64,000 nucleotides of DNA from Acanthaster planci. Its lineage: Eukaryota. The stretch covers positions 3,621,854-3,685,853 of the forward strand of contig NW_019091361.1 in NCBI RefSeq assembly GCF_001949145.1, given 5' to 3'. Shown piece after piece: positions 39,849 to 50,700 of this stretch (position 1 is its first letter; each line of letters starts with the position of its first letter). A program made the translations under genes and the position numbers. Under the pieces are notes generated by a model that saw only the letters and a program-made list of their open reading frames with translations, had not been told where the DNA came from and ran no database searches.

Positions 39849-42562
39849 CGTACAAGCTGCAGTTTTCTTTGTAACAACATTGGAGAGCAGGCTTGGATTT
39901 ATGGCCATTTGAAGTGCTTCTGTTAATTTTATTTCTTGTGGTCACTTTCAACTCAAATTTGTGCAGTTGGAATGGTAGGCCTAGGCCTATGTGTACTTGT
40001 AAATCAGTTAAATTTGTCAGGGTTTTTCTGTATCCCGTGAGTTGTCATCACTGACTTCAAGATGGCTACCTCATCACTGATACCTCCAATGCTTTGCCTT
40101 ATACTGTTGAATCTGGCATGAACAGATTCCCTGCCCTGTTCTCCATGGAAACCGAGGCCAACCTTTCAACGTGAAATGGATGGAATAACGTCCTTTTCCA
40201 AGAGATGCATTTTTGGAGTTACGCTTTCCTCGGGGAAGTTACACCAGAAGAATTATAAGTATTCTTGAATGTAGCCATCTGAGGAATTAAATAAAGGAAA
40301 AGGAATAAAAACGTTAGGGGTAGTACGGTACCAAATTAGGACCATAAGGTTTTTCTATGTTTTAACTGTAGGAACCAGCTTGTGGCCTCTTGTAGTTTGG
40401 TCTGAAATCTTCATCATGCAACAACTACATACACGGAAATAAGGCTGTGCTGAATATCTGAATACATGTAACCGAATGTTTGATCGATTTTCGAACATTA
40501 TTATTCAACTTTGAATACTCGAATGCAAAATTCATTCAAGGGAGGAAAATGTTCTTTTGTTTTAAATGAAAAAATAGCACTATGGAGGTTTGTTTCAAGC
40601 AGATTCAAATAAAAAATGTCAGGAATCTTATCATCAATACAAAAAACAGAATATTTACCAAGTTCCTTGATCTCTGCTTCCTCCAGTTTCCTAGCCAGGT
40701 TGTACATGTTGTGACACTGGCCGAAAAGAACGAATAGGTGCTTATACTTGGTTGCCAGTTGCTGAGCAGTCCTAGTTACATGTGGGTCACTGCAAATCTC
40801 CTCGGCCCTTTTGACAATAAATGTAAGTTTCTTGATGTTTTTTTCCTGTGTTTAAAAAAAAGCAGTTGCTAATAAATGATACCTAAATGTGCCTGTTGGT
40901 TAAAATAGTAGTGTTTTTTCATGATCAGTTCTTAACATTATTGACCTACCTTACAACACTTATGTATGTGATTGCCAACGAATACTTGCCATGGTAGGCC
41001 TGGCGATGCACTTCAATCTCTTGTAGGGTCTTGTCTAGTTGAGCCGTCAATGGTCCTTGGCCAGAATTTAGATGGCACTTCTTTCGTAGTTCTGATGCTG
41101 CTGATTTCTTATGTTTACATAATATAAAAAAACTAAAGCGTGCAGGCAAAAATGTAAATAAAGTGCATACATGTTTTGGCATATAAAATTTTGTGTACCT
41201 TTTCTGCATATTTGGCCATGCTGTCTGCAACAGCATCAGACAGTAACTCGACCACTGGGGAATCCTCCTCATCATGGATAACCATTGCAGAGATCTGCTC
41301 CTAAAGAGAAGCTGCATTGTTCTTCCATGCCTCTGCTTCCTCCTAGAGTAACATGGCTGCCTGGATGTTCTCAGTGTGGGCAGTAAATGCTTTATTTGGC
41401 CAAAATTGATATGCTGCACCTGAAGCAATTTGCTGGACTGATCCAGATATCCAGACTATTACACGCTCTCTCTAAATTGTTGTAGTGCTTCGGGAACAAA
41501 CCAAGACTGATGTGCAGTTCTGGTGGACAGACCTGATTGAAAGCAGAGACAGAGAAATGGGGTCCACATCACAGCTAAACTTAGGCATCTGTAGCTGTTA
41601 GGATAGACTGTAGATTTATAAGGGGAGTACATTTACAAATGAAATTTCTTAGGCATTTTTGCATCATGAAACAGGTCGAGGAGTCAGTGTACCTTGCACG
41701 CCCTCTGTTATGGCACTACGCAAGGAAACTGTTTCAAAAGAATGCCTACATAGATGAGAGGAACTGGAAGTAAGGGTGGTCGGATGATGTTGTTGAAATT
41801 CTTAGCTAGTTGTGCCTTGCCACCACATCCTTTAAACTCTGAGAGGTCATGGGCCATGCTTTCCAGGCTCCTGAGTTGGGCAGGGGGACGATGACCTCTT
41901 GACAGCTTCATCTCATCCCTTGTTGCATTGCAGTTATAGACAAGCATGTCTGCCTAATAAGTAAAAAAGCACATGTTTACCGAGTTTTTTATAAATACCT
42001 TCAATTTTGAAAATTGATGGTTTGCATGGTTTCCACAGAGAACATTTCACCAGCAGCTGATAAAGCTTCCCATGTGACATAATACAGAATTAAATACAGA
42101 ATTATATAAATAAAAGTAAAGCATCAAATGTATAGGACTTACTGTTAGTCTGGTATTGACTCAAGTCCAGATACCTTTTATGATTAGAAGCTACCAATCA
42201 TTTCAAAATCTGGACTCAGATCAGATTCATTAAATTGGACTTGGACTTAAACTTGATGCAGACAAAGAGGGTTCATGTGTGGCTTGAATTGGAGGCTTCA
42301 GTGACTCAGTTCCACATAGATTTGGATGAAGTGGACTCAAATACTGTACATTCCTAGTGTTCACGTACCTGTTGCTCCTGTGATGCCATACATCTTGCAT
42401 AAGTATTGGTAATCACCAAAGAGGAACACTTCCAAGTTGAAATGTCTGCCAGTAGTGCAAAACAATGTACATGTATGTACTGCAGTAATGATTGAACTTA
42501 ACTTCAAGTTTTGTCCTTACATCATCGTATATTCATAAACACTCTATACTTGGCACTTGTCT

Positions 42563-42662
42563 GAGAACTTATGAAAAGATTCCCATGCTTACTCGGGTGG
42601 GACTTGAACCCATGACCTCCTGCTTACTAGTGCAGAGGTTTGAACCATTCAAACACCTAGTG
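42563..42662 (-). mobile_element. tRNA-derived SINE head, same family as 1519-1615, nested inside the transposase gene
   Basis: Reverse complement GTTTGAATGG...TGCACTAGTAAGCAGGAGGTCATGGGTTCAAGTCCCACC matches the first copy. Confidence 0.65.
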
Positions 42663-42957
42663 TGCTTTCTTCTTTTAATTTTCTTTGCTGAATATTTGGG
42701 GTGTTACAAATATGCCATTTTGTATGGGAATTGTACTTTCCTCAAAAGTCTCGAAATCCATGACACACTTAAAACTTAAATTTGAAGTTTTTTTATACTT
42801 ATTATTTTACTGCTGCTTATATTTACAACAAAGTATTGAACCATTTCCAGTTGTGTCCCCCCCAGCAATGGCTTTGATACCCATTACCAAGCTGAAACTG
42901 CTCTCTATGCCCACTGCTGCCATAGGGATCTTATGTTTAAAGTTAAAATAGTTGATC

Positions 42958-43191
42958 NNNNNNNNNNNNNNNNNNNNNNNNNNNNNNNNNNNNNNNNNNN
43001 NNNNNNNNNNNNNNNNNNNNNNNNNNNNNNNNNNNNNNNNNNNNNNNNNNNNNNNNNNNNNNNNNNNNNNNNNNNNNNNNNNNNNNNNNNNNNNNNNNNN
43101 NNNNNNNNNNNNNNNNNNNNNNNNNNNNNNNNNNNNNNNNNNNNNNNNNNNNNNNNNNNNNNNNNNNNNNNNNNNNNNNNNNNNNNNNNNN
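42958..43191. other. Assembly gap inside the transposase gene
   Basis: Run of N; both flanks carry TAGTTGATC. Confidence 1.
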
Positions 43192-45174
43192 TAGTTGATC
43201 TTAATCTTGGGCTCAGTATCTAAGGATTTCACTGGATTAACACTACACTCAAGTCCCCTGTATTTCTTGAAAATATTTGAGGTGTCACAATAGTCCAAAC
43301 CTTTTTAGCTCTCTGCTTTTTTTCCAGCTCAGTGGCAGACTGGCCTTCATTGACAAGAATTTGCCGTCAGGGATGTGGAATTGCTTGACTGTCTTGCTGA
43401 CAGGAGGTCTCCGGTCAACGCCACTTGTTTGACTCCTGACTTTGCTCAGAGTGGCTTTTCTCCTCAGTCTTGTTTTTTTTTTTTTTGAAGCAGTGTCATG
43501 TGATGCACGTTTTTGAGGAATCCACTGTGCTACCAGATTCTAAAGGAAATTGCGAAAAGTTAACAGTATGAAAATACATTTACAATGTCTGTAAAACAAA
43601 TATACTACACTATACTACATTCACCAGTGACGTGCCTGTTTTCATTTGTATTATAACTGTGGAGTGAAGTACAACAAAAGACACAATATTATGGCCCTTC
43701 TGGCATTGTTAACGTACTTGGGACCAGCGTGAATACAATTATGAATTTAAGGGTTATTTTCTCCAAATAAAGGTGTGTAGGTTATAAACGAGATAATAAT
43801 CACAAAAATAATTTTAAATATTATTTTTCTTCATTCAATTTGTATCATTGAAAACATTTTAAACATTACTGAGATAAAATTCCCTGTGGCGATGACTGTT
43901 TTAATTGATACAGCTATTGTATTTTCCAAAATGAGAACTTTGGTATGATATATTAAACCCAAATAAATTTGTCTCGTAAGACTCAACATCACAATGTGGC
44001 AGTGCCTGCATCAAAACTACTGTCAGAGTTTTATAATATCAAGAATTTTGAAAAAGCATGATTTCAGTGAAAAATTGTAATTAACTTAGTGAGTTTCATC
44101 TTTGTAGTTACATGAATGGAAGTACTTCCAAGCTCTCAGAATAAAACAGTGAATTTATTGTGAAATTCATGCAATTTTTGCATCAAGCCTCAGAAAAATG
44201 TCTCAAACAATATGTGATGTGTGCTTTTGGGTTTGGGAAACAAAAGTTATAACCCACCTGCCCACCAGTTTTAAACTATGTTGTGATTCCATCATCTGAC
44301 TTGGCAAGTTTCCTCTTCAGCATAGCTGTCCCAGTCTTTTCAGTCCTGGGTGTTAGGGGGTCGCTTGGAGAGGATATGAATAAAGAACACTCCACTGATG
44401 TCGGCGATGGAGACATTGTTGAGCATTGGTGACTGTTCTTTTCTGATCATACAAGCTTTGTGTGACATACATCGCACTCTACACATGCAAAGTTGAGTGT
44501 TTGCAAGAAACAGGCACTCACCCTTTGTACAAAAAGGAAGGGAACTTGGTCCTTGCATGCCGGGCATTCGATTGTCGGGTTCTCTGAGAACATGGGCCAA
44601 ATGCATTCCAAGCTGAAGATATGCTGACATTCTGTCTGGACAGGGTTTACCAGAAATTGGGAACACACAGGGCATTTATAAACTGAACAAATCGGTGTTA
44701 AACCCTGCAAGGAAACAGGGGTAGCACAGGGATCAATTAGTGCAGTGAAATGATGGTCGGGTGTCATGACTGGTTGAAGTTTAGCAGCAGAGCCGACAAG
44801 TAAGTACCTTACGCGGTTCATCCACCTTTAGCTAGCTGGCGATAGTTGCTGCAGACCTCACATTTCTCTTGTTCTGATGCTGGGTGAGGTTTCCACTCAT
44901 GTGGGACGCGTTTTATGCTGTTATTATGCTGTTAAGGCACTTCGTATTGCAGACCTTGTACATATGCCTTGGATGGACATCTTCCTTGTCTTTCGTATTC
45001 TGAAACTTTCTTAGAGGTTTTCTTCATCATCTCTTGCTGGCGACTTTGATGCTTTTTACCATAAAGCCTACAAAGCTTTTCTAGGTGCGTCAAGTGATTG
45101 CTGTACCAACTGGATCCAAGCGAAGCCATGTACTGGGTAACAGGTGTATTTCAATTTCATAGTCTGTGACGGCG

Positions 45175-45362
45175 CGTCAAGTTCAAATTTGCGAGGTTGA
45201 AAAACGCACGCCTATTGGTTAGGTAATATCTGTGGCTGGTGATCTATCAATTAATTATGTTCAATGACTTATTTAGTTTTAATTTTCACTTTTTGCCTTT
45301 TTGGGTAGCTAAAATAAACCCTTATTAAGATATTCTCCCAGTCTTGTTTCAGCTAACCAATG
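45175..45362 (-). promoter_or_regulatory. Candidate transposase promoter with CCAAT boxes and a CHR-like TTTGAA
   Basis: Minus-strand TTTGAA at 45187-45182 and CCAAT at 45218-45214; plus-strand CCAAT at 45357-45361; all within ~230 bp upstream of the ATG at 45129. These are short motifs only. Confidence 0.35.
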
Positions 45363-45832
45363 AAAGCAACGACTTGTTACGTGTTCTGCGTGAACAGCGG
45401 TTATTTAGGGTCTTCCAAAAATCTCAAACGTCAGACTTCTTGCCGGCTGAAAACTGACAATATATACTAACAAACTGAGGGCAAATATCTGTCGTTTGGG
45501 TGGTGTAAAACGTTTCTCTGGGAAAAGTGGAGATATATTTCAAACAAATGCGTGAAAATTTGCAAATGAGGGCATAATTTACACGTGATCTGACCGGTTC
45601 GATGTTCTTTCGTAAAAATTCAATTTTCTTGTGAAATGCTTCGTTTTCAATTTATTTTTTTCACACAGAAGTCATTTTTATTTAGCACGCTCCCTGAAAC
45701 TTATCCCTCCTCTTTAATTTGTAATTAAGTGGCAAATAATACACCGTGGGGCCTCCGACGCAGGAAAACATGGACGGGCGTCGTCTGCCGCGGCTACCAC
45801 AATTTTTGAGTAGCCGACATGGTAATAGCCAC

Positions 45833-45892
45833 TGCGCATGCGCGAGAACAAAAACTAAACGTCCACAGGTCCTATGGGGTGAAACATACGGG
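45833..45892 (-). repeat. Right multipartite terminal inverted repeat of the Chapaev-type element
   Basis: Reverse complement reads CCCGTATGTTTCA-ccccataggacctgt-GGACGTTTAGTTT-ttgttctc-GCGCATGCGCA. Confidence 0.78.
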
Positions 45893-47751
45893 TGTGAAGT
45901 ACAATTTGGTAACACTCATGCCTCGTATTTTCTATTCCGTCCTGGTTTCAAGTTGACTCACAGAGGGTAAACATCGCGTCTGTTAACGCTTCTGTTTGTA
46001 TATAAAGACATCACCTTCATCCTCATTGTTGTAAGTTCGATTGTACGTATAGACGCGAAGTTCATGGCATTTCATATTCCTGCCAATAGGTGCACTTCAT
46101 AGTTCTCTGGCAGTGGCAGGTTCAAATTGAGTTCGGTTCTGTGCGCATTTGATGATCCGTGAAAACGAGAATGATATCGGTAAAACCGAAGAGCGACACT
46201 ACATACGTGTGCAGGAAACTGACCACTTCGCCCGCCTAGATAAGTTGTTCTTGTTGGTGCTAACTGTTGGGCCATGATTCTACTGTCCCAACTTTGTATT
46301 TTAACGGAGTTTAATTGCTCACCCAATGAGGAATAAATTATGGTTTACGGAGTACATATACCAACACCAGACCGTGCAGAAAGACACACTGGATCACCTT
46401 ATACCCTGCTTACAAGTAGTTAAGGGCTATTCAACTGAAAAGCGGAAATCAGCTGGAAAGTTTCAAGGATGAGGGGACCTCAGGAATAGCCTACTAAGCG
46501 GTGTTGGTGGAAATAAGGTTCCACGCATACTACACAGAAGTTCATTGCAGGCCTTAGCCAAAAGAGAAAAATCACAATGCCAATTTTCGCTGTAAAGTGG
46601 CTATAGACGAATCGTGACTGGTAGTAAACGCTATCGATGGTCATGGCCTGCGCACGAAATGATGACATGAGAAGCACGGTAATCATTGTGGGCCGGCATC
46701 TAGCAAGGTTCTTCATGTACGCATTATAGCTCCTTGATGTGCATGTACGTAAGGTCACCATGTACATGTACACGTACTGTACATGTACAGTCACTTTGTA
46801 CATGTACATGTAAACGTACATGTACATGTATGCAATTCGACGTGATCGTCTCGGTCATGGGGAATGTACACGGTGAAACCACCTCAGATGAGTAATTTCC
46901 TCGAAAAGAATTCAGGCTGAGGAAACCCGGATAAGCTTTCCAATGTACATTCAGCCTCCAATCATTACCTAAAAGAAAACGTTTTAGATGTATGTGACAG
47001 CCCAAGAATATATGGGTTGTGTTATGTAACCTAAAATGGATATCATGATCACATGTACATGTACACCATTCCCTTGCCCGTTTGTACAGTAACATGTATT
47101 TTGTACATGTAGTGCATGTGCACATGTACATGTACAATTGCACGTGATGAACTGCGTTTCGGGTCGCTGAACTGGATGGTGCCACGTCCTCACATGCGCG
47201 AGCCAGGTTCGCCTAACCTACTGGCTGACCTTTTTATTGTTGACTTTCGACCTTCGACTTCGAGGCAGCGCATTGTTTGTTGATAAAGTTCCTCCGAACG
47301 CTACATGTACTGGGTTAGTAGGGCCTACGCAAGCTTAACTGTAAAGCTGAACGGAACCCTAATATAAATTTTGTTGATACTCAAACTTCCACCGTAATGA
47401 AGCGAGCTGTTTCGAATCATGGCAGTTGTGAGGCAGTTCTACAATTCCCTTAGGTCCTTCTCATGATTGAAATCGGACTACGGAGCGTCACTAAACGCAC
47501 ATGACGTCACTGATAAGAATCCACACAAGCGGATCGCAGTCTATTAACTTGAACCATGCTTGAACAAACCGACCTGCTGGCTTGCAATTATCTCGTCAAT
47601 ATCTCGTTTAGTTGTGGTTTTTAGCAGTAGTCAGGGGTAGCGCAACGCGTGGGCTGCATGGACACTGTGCTTTTGAGCATGGTTTGAACAGGATCAGGAA
47701 AAGAGCACTGACAAGAAGCACTTCTACGCGAGTTTCAGATTTACAGCGAGC

Positions 47752-50700
47752 ATGGACGACATTGAGCTGGGCGAGGCTCAAGCTGCCGAGCCAATTGACA
47801 CCTCCCGAGACGATGACCACGAAAGCGCTGCAGAAGATGAGGAAAGTTGCCCTGTACGAGTGGAGGTTCCGGACTTGGAGCGACCGACAGAAAGCAAAAA
47901 GAAAAGGAGGGGAAGGTAAGATGAATAAGAACATAAGACGACCCACGAAACTGCAGCTTAAGGAAATTCGGTTGTTCATTTTTTCTGCTCGTTCGTCTAT
48001 AGGTTTCTAACGTATTTCTGGCACGCCGTCGGTTTCGCCGTGCAGGGATTAAAGTTTCTTTTTTGTATCGGGAAAACAATGCCTTCGGTCTTAATCCCAG
48101 AAAGGTCTCGGCTTATTTGTCGTTTTGGCTCTCTCCTGTAAACAACACCTAGAACTACGCGGGGTTCCCGCAGTGCCAGGAATGCACCGTTGGTAAAAGG
48201 TTTATTCGATCGTTTCTTACATAACAGTGAATTCAGTTTGATGAAGCGGGTCATTGTCTTGGTGGTAGCCATCACCATTGCAATCACCTTCATGGTGGTC
48301 GTAGCGGTGACCGTGTCCCGCGATGGAGAGGTGGTGACTACCGGTACCAAGATGACTTCAGGGAGCTTTCGGAGGGCGGCAGTCGCAGCAGATGTTGGGA
48401 TCTGCTCTGAGATGGGACGGTGAGTATACAGGGCACATTGTGAAAAGAATAAAGGTGACCTTTGGACGGACTTTAAAAAAATACCTTCGAAACTGGGAGA
48501 GTGTCTAGCGGGGGTAGGATAGTCAAGTGCCCTTCTGCCGGCGACGTTTCGCATTTTCTGATCGTTTTTTTATTTTGATGTTTTCTGTTTTGGTTTTTGT
48601 GCTTAAAAAAACAAAAGCACAAACACCTAATTAGCTTTATACCAAAAACATGGATCCACATTTCAGAAAAAAAAGACCGATTTGTCCCAAATCTAAACAT
48701 TTTTTTCCTAAATGTTGATTCAGATGGTCATGCGGTGTATTGTGGGTTTTCTACTCATCCTGATGTGCAGTAAAATCGTTCATCAGTGTTTGGTTAATCT
48801 TAATGAAAAGTGCACTATTTTGAACATTTGAAGTTGTCCATGATTTTCGTATGATGTAAAAAAGACAAGCCTTTTTTGAATTACTTGGCTGCGGCTTGAA
48901 ATGTGAAATTACTCTCGAGTCTATACTTGTTGCAGCACTACAGCCACTACTGTAGCCGTAATTTCAAGTTGCTAAATGATTTTCAGTCACGGCCACTCTA
49001 ATTCACTTCGAGGCCCTCTCTGTTTGAATTGTCAACCCAAAATTTGATGAAGGACATTATTGCGAGAAAAGTTTGCTTATTGGCCATTTTCTTCTATGTA
49101 AACTTATTCAAGGAAAACACGGGCCCTACCTATAGGCATGCCAGATGACGCGTCCACTTGGCCCAGTCAAGGTCTCGTGTAGATTAAAGTAGCATGCAGC
49201 ACTAAATCTCTGGGTAATAAGCACTGTTACAGAATGGAGAAAGGTTTACACACGCAGCTTTAGCGAAGACAACTGTGGCATATACATGTACCTCAGCCGG
49301 ACGCGCGTCATATGGTCGTTGTGCCCGTGAAAGAAGTTACAATCACTATCGACCGTAAGGTGTGGCTGTATAATCCATGACCTTGCACAGTGTAAATCAA
49401 AATTGTTTCAAAATGAATTTCATTTGTTAGTTTGTAGATAAGCATATTCAAACCCTATCACTGAAATGTTTTATTGGCGTTCCCTTGACACTGGTCGTAA
49501 TTTGCATCGCTTGCAACATGGTGACAATAAAACATGGAGTTGTTGATCGGTTGGAATGCATCTTCGCAACTGGGCCGAGAAATACTCAGGAAAGAGGAGA
49601 GTTGAAAAAGGTCTTGCATTGAATGTTTTCGCTTGACACGTTGGCCTCTTGGCAAGGCCTTTTTGACTTGGCCCATTGGCCAGTATGCCTATTCTTAAAC
49701 AGGTTATAGCGGAGCATGTTTTCCTGCCTCCGCGAGGTATAGCGACTGGGGTGGTGACTACTACACTATTTTGTCTTGACACTTTTTTGTGCCTACTTTT
49801 TAAAAAACGTGTCACCCATGACCCCATTAGATATTTACACTGAAATGACTGTGTTTAAATGCTAAATGGATTTTACAGAGCTAAACGTGTTTCACTTTTG
49901 GAAAAGCGTTTAACATTTAACGCTACCTCCACGGTTCCATGTACATGTACTGGTACTGGACCCATTCGATTCGCTGCTTTCTGCACTTGGGAAACCTGAA
50001 GAATATGACCTCTTTCTCTTGGGAATCTGCACTTTGTCTTGTAAGTTGGACAACCCCAAACGCAACAACAGAATACCATTTTTTGGTAGTACTCTAAGCT
50101 ATGACCAAGTGCAATGGTACGTACATGTACAGTACAGTATACATGTACACGTACATGTACATGCATATTGAACATCGGTACGTGTTTTTACAAAGTGCAC
50201 AGGTTGGCTCCAAGAACACTAATGATGCAGTTTATACTACTTATGGTGGAAGGGGCCATACTAAGAAACGACGATCTCGTGCCCACAGGAAAATTACGAT
50301 TTTAAAATCTCTTAACAGAGCAATTCCACTTAAATATTAGCCAAAACGATTTAATGGGATTTTCTGAAGAAATGAACAAAGTCAGAAAACCTGAGAGAAA
50401 ATGATCGTCGAAGTCGCATCCCTGTACTTTTTCAATGGCCTGCTCACATTTTTTAGTATCTAGTCACTTCCCACATTCTTGTCACTAAAGAACATTTGTG
50501 CGCATGCGTGCATAATTATGAATTCATTAGTGAGAGGTCTTATGACCAACTTCCCAAGACGTTGTTGCTGGTGTGGCTAGTTGTGGTTCGTAGCTTCGTG
50601 CGTTCCAGCTATTCGTCTTGTGAGTGCCCTCTCTTGTATCAAAAACACAACGACGTCTTGAACAAGACTATGGCCGTGGGTCCCTTGCGTGAGGCTCGGT

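Larger units (their letters stand above)
40004..45129 (-). pseudogene. Chapaev/RAG1-related transposase pseudogene (at least 8 exons, multiple frameshifts and stops)
   Basis: Exon remnants with GT-AG boundaries: 45129-44258 (HLEKLCRLYG; DVHPRHMYKVC; EWKPH..CEVC; RING CPVC..CQHIFSLEC..CPAC; CDVC..H.C; FKTGGQ), 43539-43301 (MKASLPLSWKK), 42445-42369 (FLFGDYQYLCKMYGITGATG), 41953-41750 (RHACL.C..), 41532-41199 (CPPELHISLG), 41107-40950 (RQAYHG..FVGNH), 40845-40659, 40278-40004 (TPKMHLLE..GLGFHGEQGRESVH). Confidence 0.88.
37980..45892 (-). mobile_element. Chapaev-type (N-RAG-TP-like) cut-and-paste DNA transposon, ~7.9 kb, decayed
   Basis: Inverted termini CACGTATGTTTCA (37980-37992) and revcomp CCCGTATGTTTCA (45892-45880) match 12/13, with further shared inner blocks. 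The internal transposase pseudogene carries Chapaev hallmark motifs. No target-site duplication could be identified. Confidence 0.8.

Noticed and set aside
40004..45129. Calling the transposase a true RAG1/RAG1L (ProtoRAG) gene
   Set aside because: The core motifs are Chapaev-type (FGDY..LC.MYG, PELHISLG, RQAYHG..FVGNH, GEQG.ES.H), not GYDEK/DALHCD/SEGNE. No RAG2L ORF and no 5-bp TSD were found.
45848..45856. ACAAAAACT, 8/9 match to the RSS nonamer ACAAAAACC, inside the right TIR
   Set aside because: It is in the opposite orientation relative to the CAC-type terminus compared with a real RSS, and is only partly mirrored at the left end.
37972..45900. Target-site duplication of the Chapaev-type element
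   Set aside because: Left flank ..ACTGG and right flank TGTGA.. (or TGAAG..) do not match at 3-5 bp.
46724..47193. MYMY/CTCT/VHVH-rich ORFs (also ~50100-50340)
   Set aside because: Translations of TACATG low-complexity repeats found throughout the window.
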